This document shows, one piece after another, positions 46,815 through 59,651 of a stretch of DNA of 64,000 bases. The first letter of the stretch is position 1. Each line of letters opens with the position of its first letter. Made by a program: the position numbers and the translations under genes. Source of the stretch: Takakia lepidozioides. Taxonomy: Eukaryota > Plantae > Bryophyta. The stretch lies in NCBI GenBank assembly GCA_030704615.1, contig CM060733.1:62930001-62994000 (forward strand), in the 5' to 3' direction. Below the pieces are notes generated by a model. That model saw only the letters and a program-made list of their open reading frames with translations, was not told where the DNA came from and did no database searches.

Positions 46815-49800
46815 GGAGTCATGTCGAGGCCCAAATGCAACCTCTAGGGTAGCTTTTGCCGTTGGCCCAAGTGTCCAATGTCATCTAAGTAAGTTTTTTT
46901 CCACAGAGCCTACGACCAGATTTGAACCGGAGACCTTTGCCTTGATATCTCTCCCGTCGAGGCTCCAACCATTGTCCAATGAATGCCCACTTTGCCATTT
47001 TTGCTATTTTTTGTGAATTTCCAGCGACCAAAAGTACTTGGAATTCCACATCTCCCACACCGCAGGTCCAACAATCATGAGACCAAGCCCGTGGCCCCCC
47101 CCCCCCTCGTCGAGGGCTTTCCAACAGTACCAAGCACCACGGTTGGGGCCCGCAGTTTGGGACATCTCAACGTGACAAAACAAAACAAAACAAACGTCTC
47201 GATTCATATATTGACTAGGGTAGCCTATGCCGTTGGCCCAGTTGTCCAGTGTCATCTAAGCCCAATTGTAAGATCTTCTATGTATCCCAGTGCGTCTCCT
47301 GTGACGAGGCCCAAGTGCGACCTCTAGGGTAGCTTGTACCTTTGGCCCATGTGTGAAGAATTGAAATCTAAAATCATGTATCCAAGTGCGTCTCCTATGT
47401 CGAGGCCCAAATGTAACCTCTACGGTAGCCTGTGTTGTTGGCCCAAGTGTCCAATGTCATCTAAGCCCAAGTGTAAGATCTTCTATGTATCCTAGTGCAT
47501 CTCCTATGTCGAGGACCAAATGCGACCTCTAGTGTAGCCTATGCCGTTGGCCAATGATTGAAAAATTGAAATCTAAGACCAAGTGCAATTTCCTATGTAT
47601 CCCTGTGCGTCTCCTATGTCTAAGTGCAATCTTCTATGTATCCAAGTGCATCTCCCATGTAGAGGCCCAAGTGTCCACTGTCATCTAAGCCCAAGTGCGA
47701 TATCCTATGTATCCAAGTGCGTCTCCCATGTGCGTCTCCTATGTTGAGGCCCATCTAAGCCCAATGTGCAATCTCCTATGTACCCAAGTACGTCTCCCAT
47801 GTCAAGGCCCCATTTATTATTTTTCATGAATTTATTGAGTAGTAATATCCATCATTATTGATATATCTCCCGTCTCTAGGGTAGCCTGTGCCGTTGGCCC
47901 AAGTGTCCAACTCGTCATCTAAGTCCAAGTGCGTCTCCTATGTCGAGGCCCAAGTGCGACCTCTAAGGTAGCCTGTGCCTTTGGCCCAAGTGTCCAATGT
48001 TATCTAAGTCCAAGTGCATCAATATACCGTGGAGGCCGCTCTATTTCGACGGACCGTGATGGAATCATTAAATACATGCAGGTCGTCAGCTTCGGCAGGC
48101 TTAATGACAATATTAATATTCAGGCTTCATCCAATTTTTCAAGAATTCGGCACCCTGGGTACTTTTCATTAAATTAGGTGGGTAATGTCAAGATTCACGT
48201 ATAGTTGACATTCTCTGTGGCAAGTCATAATTATGGTCAGCCATAACTCTCTCGCAAGCCATAGTCATGGTTAGTGGTAAACATTTTTAATAAGTCTCAA
48301 ATTTTGTTTTTTTTGTTTTTTGTTTTTTTTCCCAAACTTGACGTTTAGGAGTTACCACATTGCTAGTCACACCTTTTGTTTTCAAAGTTCATCTCTTTAA
48401 ATGCAGATTATTCCCATATTTCGTCTACTCCCAGGGCAGAATTTTAAAATATTTGTTCTCTCTTAGAGTGAATTAATTTAAGACGGAATAGAGCGACCTC
48501 TACAGTATGAAGCAAGCCATATCTAATCATTTTTTTTCCCACAGAGCTACGACCAGATTTGAACCGGAGACCTTTCCCTTGATATCTCTCCTGTCGAGGC
48601 TCCAACCATTGTCCCAGGAATGCCCACCAATTTTTCGTGAATTTCCAGCGACCCAAAGTACTTGAAATTCATCTCCCACACCGCACGTCCAAAAATCGTG
48701 AGACCAAGCCCGTGCATCCCTCCTCGTTGAGGGCTTTCCAACGGGACCAAGCACCAGTGCCGGGGCCTCGTGGTTTGGGACACCTCAACGTTACAAAACA
48801 AAACAAAACAAACAAACGTCTCGCTTTATATATGAATAGGTAGCCTGTGCCGTTGGCCCAAGTGTCCAATGTCATCTAAGTCCAAGTGTAAGATCTTCTA
48901 TGTATCCCAATGCCTCTCCTATGTTGAGGCCCAAGTGTGACCTCGAGGGTAGCATGTGCCTTTGGCCCATATATGAAGAGTTGAAATCTAAGTGACCGAG
49001 TGCAATTTCCTATGTATCCCAATGCGTCTCCTAAGTCGAGGCCCAAGTGCGACCTTTAGTGTAGCCTATGCCGTTGGCCCATGTGTGAAAAATTGAAATC
49101 TAAGTCTATGTGCAATTTCCTACGTATCCAAGTGTGTCTCCTATGTCGATGCCCATCTAAGCCCAAGTGCAATCTTCTATTTATGTATCCAAGTGCATCT
49201 CCCATGTAGAAGCCCAAGTGTCCAGTGTCATGTAACATGCCCAAGTGCAATCTCCTATGTATTCAAGTACGTCTCCCATGTCAAGGCCCAATTTATTTAT
49301 TTTCCATTAATTTATTGAGTAGTAATATGTCCATTCATTATTGATATATCTCCCCTCGAGGCTCCCAGGAAAGCCCGCTTTGCTATTTTTTGCAAATTTC
49401 CAGCGACCAAAAGTACTTGAAATGCCACATCTCCCACACCGGAAGTCCAAAAGTCATGAGACCAAGCCGGTGCACCCCTCCTCATCGAGGGCTTTCCAAC
49501 GGTACCAAGCACCAGCGCCGGGGCCTCGCGGTTTGGGACATCTCAACGCTACAAAACAAAACAAAACAAAACAAAACAAACAAACAAACAAACGTCTCGC
49601 TTCATATATTGACTAGGGTAGCCTGTGCCGTTGGCCCAAGTGTCCAGTGCCATCTAAGCCCAAGTGCAATCTTCTATGTATCCCAGTGCGCCTCCGATGT
49701 CAAGGCCCAAGTGCGACCTCTAGGGTAGCCTGTGCTGTTGGCCCATGTGTGAAGAATAGAAATCTAAGTCCAAGTACAATTTCCTATGTATTCCAGTGCG

Positions 49801-50730
49801 TCTCCTATGTTTAGGCCCATCTAAGCCCAAGTGCAATCTTCTACATATCTCCCACATGAAGGGCCAATCACTGCTCCAGGAAAGCCCACTTTGCTATTTT
49901 TCGCAAATTTCCAGCGACCCAAAACACTTGAAATTCCAGATCTCCCACACCGCTTGTCTAAAAAATCATGAGACCAAGCCGGTGCACCCCTCCTTATCGA
50001 GGGCTTTCCAACGACACCAAGCACCCGCGCTGGAGCCCCGCGGTTTGGGAGATCTCAACGACGCTACAAAACAAAACAAAACAATTGTATGTAAAGAAGT
50101 ATTAATATAAACTTCTAACTCTTTCACCAAATTCCAATCTTTGAATCACATTAGATTGTCAATTTCAATTCTTCACACATGGGCATCGACATAGGAGACG
50201 CACTTGGATACATAGGGGATTGCACTTGGACTTAGATGACACTGGACACTTGGGCCAACGACACATGCTACCCTAGCACCGGCTTGGTCTTATGATTTCT
50301 GGATCTGCGGTGTGGCAGATGTCGAATTTCAAGTACTTTTGGTCGCTGGAAATTCGTGAAAAATAGCAAAGTGGGCTTTCCTGGAGCAATGATTGGGCCT
50401 TCACGTGGGAGATTTGGAATTTCAAGTGTTTTCGGTCACAGGAAATTCATGAAAAGAAATAAATTGACAACAATGATTGGCCTTGGGCTTAGATGGGCCT
50501 CGAAGAGACCCACATGGGAGACGGCGCCCTTGGATACATATGAGATTGGGCTTAGATGACACTGGAACACTTGGGCATCTACATGGGATACACTTCGATA
50601 CAGAGAAGATTGCACTTCACTTGGGCTTAGATGGGCCTAGACATAGGAGACGCACTTGAATACATAGGAAATTGCACCTCGTCTTAGATTTCAATTCTTC
50701 ACACATGGCCAACGGCACACAGGCTACCCT
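46815..50730. mobile_element. Non-autonomous Helitron-like concatemer/satellite (mostly minus strand; 50160-50730 inverted)
   Basis: Minus-strand junctions ...GGGCCAACGGCAYAGGCTACC-CTAG|TC-AATATATGAA... at about 47215 and 49613. Many repeated 3'-end modules; the long module with GGGCTTTCCAAC and (CAAAA)n occurs 4 times. Confidence 0.7.
46900..46985 (-). other. tRNA-like/SINE-head module with Pol III A and B boxes (second copy 48540-48620)
   Basis: Minus strand TGGACAATGGTTGGAGC...GTCTCCGGTTCAAATCTGG. No full cloverleaf is evident. Confidence 0.5.
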
Positions 50731-51821
50731 GTAATTATAATAAAACAAGGTGCAAGAGGGAGACTGATGTCATAATTGTGGCATTTGCTTCTCTCGCAAC
50801 TTCTAAAAATAAAATAAAATATGACTCAATTCCGCCGTAATAGGTCTAATTTTTTTGTGACTATAGGACCAGGCTTGTCGGGCAAGGTGGACTTCCGTGA
50901 GCCTAATTAGGCTCACGTTCTAGCATCCTCGGCACGATTAGTTCCCAATGACTGAGGGCCTTGTCCCAAAAACCTAAAACTTGGCCACAAAATTCCTTGA
51001 AGTACCCTTAAAATACTTGCCAAACTGTAGGTCCAATGGCCTTGACCACCAACAACAACACATTACCAAACCGCAAAAACAGCCTGGAAAAGTCGCATCC
51101 ATTGTGGAGCAAATTAAAAAGTGGTGGATAGATTGCCGCTTTGCCTTGTAACCAGCCATTCTTTTAGTGGCGAATAATCGCCAGATTTCGACCTCAAAAA
51201 ATAAAATCGAATATTCTGTCGCAAATCCACTGTTTTTTCATGGATGAAATCGCCAAATTTCTCCAAATAAAAAATAAATTATGGATGAATTTGCCAAATA
51301 TGGATGGTATATATGGATGATGGCACATAGGTGGATGAATTACAGTGGATGAACAGAATAAATGGCTATTTCCTGCAAAACTCTGTAGCCACTCGTGCTG
51401 TTTTCCAAATTTCTTTAAAAAAACACTGCTTGTAACCTGAAGCACAATACATTTGAACACCATTGAATACAGAAAATAAAGCCACACCGCCAACGGCGCT
51501 CGAAGCTACCTCCAGGTTGAGACTTCGCCGTGAAAAACATTTTTAGGAATTTTACCCAGAGTTTAATTACCTTAATAACTCGCTAATAGTTCTATAGAAA
51601 TAATAGGGGCCATCCCCCAGATGGCCAGTCGCCGCAAGTTGAACTGGCTCATAAGTACGCGGACATGGCCGGCATCTTCTCTCTTCTATGGCCGTTTAAT
51701 TTGAGATTTCATACTAGATGACTTACAAAGGTGCAGCAATCCAGATTGAACGATCGTCACCAACCTCCCTACCACGCCAATGAGCAGCACAAAAAGCACA
51801 TGTGCGCCTGCGGCTCTCGAG

Positions 51822-51848
51822 AAACGTGGACACGTGGACAGGCCACGG
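51822..51848. promoter_or_regulatory. Tandem ACGTGG (G-box/ABRE-like) motifs upstream of Nup50
   Basis: AAACGTGGACACGTGGACAGGCCACG about 350 bp upstream of the ATG. Motif match only. Confidence 0.4.
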
Positions 51849-52180
51849 CTAAACGCGGAGCCGGGTATAGCCAGGGGTGGCAAAACCTAAATTGGTCCCG
51901 CCATGAAACAGCCTACCTGCGGTCGGAGAGAGCACTCGGCGGTTGGCCAGAGAGAGACACGGAGAAGAGAGGTGACGAAACCCTGAAGAAGATGGCACAG
52001 TCCGTTGCTTGCTCTCATTGAAGCTGCTCGCTCTCTCGTGGTCCGCAAAAAGATTGATCGAGAGGCAGCAGGAGGTTCCATACAGGCGCCTGCACAGTCG
52101 TGCACACCAGGTCTGTAGTACTGGGCTTATCTCTTTGTCCTGGTCGTCTTCTTGTCTCGTTTTCTCATTTTAGAAGACAG

Positions 52181-53389
52181 ATGGCATCCCCTCCAGATCA
52201 AAGCCCTGGAAATTCCTCAAAGAAGCGAGTGGCTGCACGTCAGTTGTCAAAAGATGACGATCCAGATAATGAAGAGACCCCTGTTGAAGAAGGGGCAACA
52301 TTCCAAAGGGCAAGTGAAGCAGTGCTCGCAAACAGGCGGATAGTCAAAGTTCGCCGCACTCCAGCTACAGGGGCTGGTACTGCCCCCAACCCCTTCGCCT
52401 CCATCCGCCTTGTACCCCCTTCTGCCTCAGTCCCTCAAGAGAAGCCTCCTGCTCCTGCTCTCTCGGCTAAGCCGTTGACGCCGGATGAAAGGAAAGCAGG
52501 GGAGAAGGGTGAGGCAAGGGGAGGAGATGCAGTGGGTCCGAGTGGTTCTAGTTCTGAGACCTTTCAGCAGCTGTCATCTGCAAAGAATGCGTTTTCTGGT
52601 TCTTTTGGAACTGGTTTTACTAGTACAACTTTCTCCTTTGGGAATACGCAATCATCGTTTGCTTCCTCGTCAGGATTTGCTTCGTTCAGCTCTGGGGGTT
52701 CTTTTGGATCAGGAACATCGTTTGGCTCAGGTCTCTTTGGTTCAAGCTCCACAACTGGAGCTGCTACATTCCCATCTCTCTCCAGCGTCTTTGGCAAGGC
52801 AAATGGGAGCACTACTCCTTTCCAGCTCTTTGGGACTCCATCAGCAGACACTCTTCCTCCTCTTTCAGGGCAGCAAAACCCCTGTGGACTAACCCTTCAA
52901 GAAGTGCCGCTAGAAACAGGAGAGGAGAAAGAGAAGGCTGTCTTTACAGCGGATGCTTCACTATTCGAGTTTCTTGATGGGGGATGGAAGGAGCGTGGGA
53001 AGGGAGAACTCCGAGTTAATATCCCTGAGGAGAAAGACAGAAGGGCGCGGTTGGTAATGAGGTCGAAAGGAAATTATAGACTACTGCTGAACGCTAGTCT
53101 CTTCCCTGACATGAAGCTGACAAAGATGGATAATCGTGGCGTTACCTTTGCATGCGCCAATAGTGCGGGAGAGGGGAAACAGGGCCTGACCACCTATGCA
53201 GTGAAGATGAAGGATGGCATGGTGGCTGCAGAATTTTTTGCCTCTGTCCACGACCACAAGGGTAACACAAATGCCGAACCGAGAACTCCAGAAAGCTCCC
53301 CAAAGGCCCACGATAGACCTTCAAAAGTCCGTGATGAGTCTTCAAAGGATATTGAAACAGGGGTTGAGGTTGATGCTGTTGTAGTCTGA
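52181..53389 (+). CDS. NUP50: Nuclear pore complex protein Nup50 (402 aa)
   Basis: N-terminal KKRVAARQLSKDD..FQRASEAVLANRRIVKVRR, central FG repeats, C-terminal RanBP1-type domain (ETGEEKE, WKERGKGELRVN, ARLVMRSKGNYRLLLNA). A probable 5' UTR intron at 52111-52173 (GT..TTTAG) makes ATG 52181 the start. Confidence 0.95.
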   Translation: MASPPDQSPGNSSKKRVAARQLSKDDDPDNEETPVEEGATFQRASEAVLANRRIVKVRRTPATGAGTAPNPFASIRLVPPSASVPQEKPPAPALSAKPLTPDERKAGEKGEARGGDAVGPSGSSSETFQQLSSAKNAFSGSFGTGFTSTTFSFGNTQSSFASSSGFASFSSGGSFGSGTSFGSGLFGSSSTTGAATFPSLSSVFGKANGSTTPFQLFGTPSADTLPPLSGQQNPCGLTLQEVPLETGEEKEKAVFTADASLFEFLDGGWKERGKGELRVNIPEEKDRRARLVMRSKGNYRLLLNASLFPDMKLTKMDNRGVTFACANSAGEGKQGLTTYAVKMKDGMVAAEFFASVHDHKGNTNAEPRTPESSPKAHDRPSKVRDESSKDIETGVEVDAVVV

Positions 53390-53899
53390 CTGATTGCATA
53401 AGCTGGTTTAGCTAGGTTCATATGACTCATACAGGCTGGTGTCTTGCTTGTGAAGTCTATTTTGGGAGACTCTTATTTGCCCGAGGAACAATTCAAACCC
53501 ATTGGAAGTTTGTTAAGGTATATAGATAGTATTTGTATGCATAAACAGTATTCTGCTAGCAAGAAATGCCAGAGTTTTGCACTCTTAGGTCCAAAGCTTG
53601 CCATTCAGATGCATCATAGCATGCTAGATTGTTGAGTGATTGAAATTTGACTAGATCATGAGGGGGGATGGTGACAGGTAAGGTAGATTAGAAAGGAACA
53701 TAGGCTGTAATTCAGTGGGTAGTAGAACACTCTTGAAGTGAGGAACATGGCAGACAAGGCATCATAGCAAAAACCTGTAGATGTAGAAATACCTTTGCTT
53801 ACGAGCACCTTCGGCTGTATCTGCATGTGGTGCTTCGGACTTCTTTCTCAAAATGTGAAGTTGTCCTCATTTTGTTATAATTAGTGCAGGTGTGTATGC

Positions 53900-55870
53900 T
53901 TCATGCATTGTTTGTGTGTGTGTGAGCAAGAGAGAATGTACTCATGCTGTTCCGACCATTGACCCCGCGGGAAACCAACCTTTCCAAGCTGTTTGCGGGG
54001 TTTGCACCCACCAGGGTTTAGCTTATCCCTGCAGGTATAAACTTAATTTTCCTGCAACTGCCATTAAGGTATTCACAGAGGCACTTGTCCGCATGCCAAC
54101 TCGACAGCCTAGTTGAGTTTAGTTTTATAGCCCAGCCTTTAAAACAGAAATGACATGCTTGGGGAAGGCTTCTGCCTGTCCCTCTGGGCTGTGTGCAGGG
54201 CGGGAGAGAATGTACTCATAAGTCTTTGTTTGCCATAGCCTTGAGGCCATAGACCCCGCACCAGTTTGGCCTGAAACATAGGGAATAGGTACTACCTTTG
54301 TGAGGGGCTCAGGCCAGTAGTGTGACTTACCTCGGTGTAATCAATTAGTTCGAGCTTTCCAGATATCCTGTAGAAAGCCCTTCACACAAGCATTGATCTG
54401 CTGGATGTGAGCAGCCCAAAAGTAAGTCCCCAACTGGGCCAGGGCTGAGGGTCGGCCTCGAGATTTTGAAAGATGGTGAACGGAGGTGCAGGAATCATGT
54501 TCTTGATGTTCCTGCAGAGGGTCACCCTGGCTGTTTGTCAAGGGGTGACGCCGGTAGTATGACTTACCTTGAGATAGACGAGTTTTCCAGACATCCTCTA
54601 GAAATCCCTTCACACAAGCATCAATCTGCTGTGTGTGATTTGCTGACCTCAAAAGGGCCTGGGCTTTTGGCTCAGCCTCGAGATTTTCAAAGTTGGTAAA
54701 CAGAGGTACAAGAACAATTCCTTGAAGAGGGTGTCTCTTTGGTGCGAGTACCAAGGACAATGAATCAGGAAGTGAATGTTGCCTTCAGGTTGCCCACACA
54801 AGGGGCATTTGCAATCTTCCTTTCCTCTCTGCATCTGTTTGTTGTTCCAAGGTAGACTTCCTGCCCTGAGTTTGAAATTGTAGTCTAGTGTAAACCCTTG
54901 AGGTCATCCATGATGGCCTCCCCCATGTTAGAGACTGGAAACAAGTTGAGGGAAGTGTTCTGCCTAACTTCATTTTCATCAGACATTTTCCTGGCAACAG
55001 ACCCTGCAGTCAGATTTATCCAGCAGGGTCAAGACTTGCGGACTTAGATGCAGATCCTTGAAAATCTCTTCTACCCTCTTCCCCCAGGACTTGGCCTATT
55101 TGACAGGGCGATTCTGCATCCAAGATATAGAGTCGATTAACTGAGGATATCTGAAATAAGTCATACGTTGTAGCTAACCCCGCCATCTGACCTTGAAATC
55201 ATCTCGTTGTGAGCTTGAGGGAGGGATGAGCTTGAGGGAGGGATGCCAAACTCACCCTGAACAGCCACAATACGGGCCACAATAGCTGTTTTGGAGCATG
55301 TTGACATATTGTACTTCTTGAGCACCCCCACTTGAATGGATCTATTTTATTTCAGAGTTCATCCCTCTGCAATGGAAAGATTTAGTGAGACCCAACGCTT
55401 TGCGCTTGCCAGATTGAACAACTTTTTGAATATGTGCATCCCAATTACAATTGGAACTCAACGCCATCGTATGTGTAGGAAGGGAGGACAAGTATCTCTT
55501 GGCTTTTTCACTGCCACTTGAGATTGCCTCCTCCCGCCCCTAGGTCGTTGAATGCCACCACTGCACATTTACTGGCATTGGTCTCTAGCCCCCAAAGGTC
55601 AAAGTATCTATGAATACTGAATCCTGAAGATTGGATGGAGTCTCCCCTAGGTCTGAGAAGTCATCCGCAAACATAAGGGCTGGTATGGTGGCATCACCCA
55701 CCCTTAACCCAATCCCTCACTTTCCACATCCTCGAGAAGTTGATTGATGAAAACATTGAAGAGAAGGGGAGAGGGTACATCCTCGAGCTACACCTTGGCC
55801 TATGTCAAAGAAGTTAGACTTCTGTCTATTAACAGTGACACCCCTGGAAACCTATAATTTATGCCAAGGA
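53900..55870 (-). mobile_element. Decayed 5'-truncated LINE (RT C-terminal half plus CCHC finger)
   Basis: GQGVARGCTLSP/LLFNVFINQL (55740-55800), LMFADDF (about 55660), CPLCGQPEGNIHFLIHCPWY (about 54750-54810). Internal duplication 54340-54520/54580-54720. Confidence 0.8.
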
Positions 55871-57627
55871 TACTGTAGCACCTGGAGCACTCTCTCCGTC
55901 TCTACTGCCCTCTCCCCGGCTTCACCTCGAACTTGCACCTCCTCCAGTCTCCACCGTATGGGTAATTGCGGGGGCTGCTCCTGCCCGCGATGGTGTAACC
56001 GGTGTGTTACTGCCTCTTTGTGGTGTCTTGGAAGGATCCACCGTCTCTGTGCGTCCCTCGTTTACATGGGCATCTGTCATTTCGACACCCCTGGCCTCTT
56101 CAGTGGCATTTTCTCTTGCCTCCTGGCTAGCCTTCTATCTCGCCTGTTCTTTTGCCCTCTCTTTTGCCCTCTCACGGGCCTTCTGTTTCTTACTAGGGGT
56201 AGCAGCAGAGGAGGCCTCTAGGACGACCACCTTTGATTGAGGCGAATTGACACCCTCGCGCGCCCTGCTCACTCCCCCCTCTGCAGCCCGTGACGGCTCT
56301 GTCGCTAGGGATTGCATGTGCTTGGCTTTCTTCTTCTTCTTTGCGTGGGCGGGCCCTACTGCATGTGCATTAACATCCTCCATTGCTAGATCTGTTGTCC
56401 TCATCCGACACCCTTCACCTGCCATGCCGCCTGCACCAACCTCCCCAATGCCTATTCTGTCGTACTCACGCTACAGGTCCTCCCGTCCACCAACAAAAGG
56501 TTTTAGTTTGCCCTCCCGCCCCAAGTTGGGCGATCCAAACATGCGATGAGTAGCGGCTTTTGGAGTCACTACTCGAGCAGTTGGAGCTGTCGATGATACC
56601 ACCAGCATGTCGGGCTCGTCGTCACTCTGTCATCCCCAAAAATCGTGAGAACCAATATCGGAATGAAAACCACCATCGCAACAATCGTGGAACAACAATG
56701 AAAACAAAACAAAACCAAGTATGGAGTGGCATGGAACAACAATGAAAAACAAATCCAACCAATGCCTAAGAATGACATGCACAAGCAGCCTTCTCCAGAG
56801 CTGCCGGCTTTGCACACGCATTGCAAACTATCTAAGGTTCACTCAACCAGTAACTTGCAGAAATCAACATGAAACACGAACAAATGAACACGAATTCCAT
56901 AAGACGGGAAAACAGGGTGAAAATTTTGAAGGCACTTCATCTGCTCAGACAATCTTCTCAGCTCAGCATGGATTTCCTTAATTCCGAGATGCAACTTGTT
57001 ATCTACAGCGAGGTGTGCACCCTATTCTGGCAAGCAATCTGATTGCAGCAACAACCTGACTCCTTTCTAACCACTCTCACCTTGATCATTCTTCTCAACA
57101 ACTCGTGTTTTTGCGATGCAACCATGCGCTTCCAGGGCTGCCAGGCGGAAGATGTGAAAACAAACTAAAAAAACGAAGAAAACCGAAAGAGGAAGGGGCA
57201 GAACCTGAGAGTGCTCGGCTTCAGTTGGCGCGGGCTGTGAGCAAGACAATGGAATTTCCTGCTGGAGCTTAAGTTTGGCCATGCGAGAGGTTGGACGTCG
57301 CCCGTAGTACAAAGCCTTCAACTTCCACCGCGGTCTGGATGTGGGGTTTCTCTCAGGAGAGCCACGCCCTTCTCCACGCGTCATAAGTCCAGCAAAAAAA
57401 AAAAAATCTCGCAATATGTGTGCGTACATGCCTCGAATAGAAGTTCATCCGAGTTTAGCATCAGGTTTCCAAGGCGTATCCGGGAAGCAAGCGCGGAATC
57501 CCTCTGTCGCCAGCCCGGTTCCAAACCGACGGCGGAGGACATTTAATGCGCAACTACGCCATTAAATGTCGTAGGTATGGAGGTCGGTCACAGGCGCCCA
57601 CCCCCCTCGAGACTTCGTCAATCGCCC

Positions 57628-58045
57628 GCTGGATGGAAAAAATCGGCGCCAAATTTCCATCCAACGGATGAAGTATGACGCAACGAGGCCATCCCTCCGC
57701 CCGAGTCGTTCTCATCCAGGAGACGCCGGATGGAAATCCGGCGCCGCATTTCCATCTTGCAGGTAATTCGGAGCGCGGCAGGATGGAAATCCGGCGCCGA
57801 ATTTCCATCCGCCAGGTAATTCGGAGCGCGGCCGGATGGAAAAACGGCGCCGAATTTCCATCCTGGAGGTAATTCGGAGCGCGGCCGGATGGAAATCCGG
57901 CGCCGAATTTCCATCCCAGAGGTAATTCGGAGCGCGGCCGGATGGAAAAAAGGCGCCGAATTTCCATCCAACAGGTAACACGGAGAGAAGCCGGATGGGA
58001 AACCGGCGCCGAATTTCCATCCTGCAGGTAATTCGGTCCACCTCA
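57628..58045. repeat. About 53-bp tandem array of the palindrome GGATGGAAAWYCGGCGCCGAATTTCCATCC
   Basis: About 7 units directly visible. Confidence 0.95.
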
Positions 58046-58217
58046 TCGATGGAAAACCGGCAACGAATTTGTCTTTAGCGGACCAGAATGGTGGGAATAA
58101 CGTGCCAAATGTGGCCTGTAGGCAAAAAACGCCAAGTTAAGTGTGTAACCAGACAAAAAAACGCGAAAAAACTTGATGCAACGACTAAAAATTGTTGAAG
58201 AATTGCCGATACGGGCT

Positions 58218-59235
58218 TCATTCAACGGGCCTCGGATGGATCGACTTCATCCAATGGGCCTCGGCTGGAAATTCGGCGCCGTTTTTCCATCCGGGGGATG
58301 TTCTCTGTCGGCCATGTGTCGGCCTCTCCCCCCGAGATGACTTCATCCAACGGGCCTCGGATGGAAATTTCGGCGCCGAATTTCCATCTGGGGGATGTTT
58401 TCTGTCGGCCAGGTGTCGGCCTCTCCCCCCGAGACGACTTCATCCGGCCGGCTCGGATGGAAAAACGGCGCCGAATTTCCATCCGGGGGATGATCTCAGT
58501 CGGCCAAGTGTCGGCCTATCCCCCCGAGACGACTTCATCCAACGGGCCTCGGATGGAAATTCGGCGCCAAAGTTCCATCCGAGGGATGTTCTCTGTGAGT
58601 GTCGGCTTCTCCCCCCGAGACAACTTCATCCAACGGGCCTCGGATGAAAATTCGGCACCGAATTTCCATCCGGGGGATGTTCTCTGTCGGCCAGGTTTCG
58701 GCCTCTCCCCCCGAGACGACTTCATCCGGCCGGCTCGGATGGAAAAACGGCGCCGAATTTCCATCCGGGGGATGATCTCAGTCGGCCAGGTGTCGGCCTA
58801 TCCCCCGAGACGACTTCATCCAACGGGCCTCGGATGGAAATTCGGCACCAAATTTCCATCCGGGGGATGTTCTCTGTCAGCCAAGTGTCGGCCTCTCCCC
58901 CCGAGACGATTTCATCCAATGGGCCTCGGATGGAAATTCGGCGCCGTTTTTGCATCCGGGGGATGTTCTCTGTCAGCCAAGTGTCGGCCTCTCCCCCCGA
59001 GACGACTTCATCCATCGGGCCTCGGATGGAAATTCGGTGCCATTTTTCCATCCGGGGGATGTTCTCTGTCGGCCAGGTGTCGGCCTGTCCCCCCCGAGAC
59101 GACTTCATCCAACGGGCCTCGGATGGAAATTCGGCGCCGTTTTTCCATCCGGGGGATGTTCTCTGTCGGCCCGGTGACTGACTCACCCCCGAGACGACTT
59201 CGTCCGACCGGCCTCGGCTGCAAATTCGGCGCCGC
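58218..59235. repeat. About 95-bp tandem array with the same palindromic core
   Basis: About 10-11 units of CGACTTCATCCAACGGGCCTCGGATGGAAATTCGGCGCCG...CCATCCGGGGGATG. Confidence 0.95.
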
Positions 59236-59651
59236 TGTTGTATGTTGACGATTGCAGCGAGGTTCTGGCACTCAATCTTGTAATCAGACCCACTGGAATG
59301 CCACCTCTATCAGTTCCCTCTATCCATGGCGAAGGTGCTTGCACGCTCGCCCCCCAACGCTTCTTGTCAGACGCCGTAATGATTGGTTTGCCCAGCGCAT
59401 CTACACAAGTCATATACCTTCTGACTGCATACCGTTGGCAGTTATTGCGCAAAGGCCAGGGGCCGCATTCCGCAGACAAGGTTCATTAACTCTCTGGCAG
59501 TGGATTTTCGGGAGAGTGGGCTCCCCGGATTCGTGAATAGGCTTCGTCGCTTGCAAAAATCGGCCCTGCATTCCTTCCCCTCGCTGCATCCCCCCTTCTC
59601 CCAGGGCGCTTGTCCGAACGCCGTCCTGGCAGTCTTGTGTGCACAACTCCC

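Noticed and set aside
52181-53389. Nup50 as a retrocopy because the CDS has no intron
   Set aside because: It has a probable 5' UTR intron, an intact frame and promoter-like upstream sequence, so it looks like an ordinary gene.
57628-59235. CRISPR-like array of palindromic repeats
   Set aside because: The spacers are themselves repeated rather than unique, there are no cas genes, and the context is eukaryotic.
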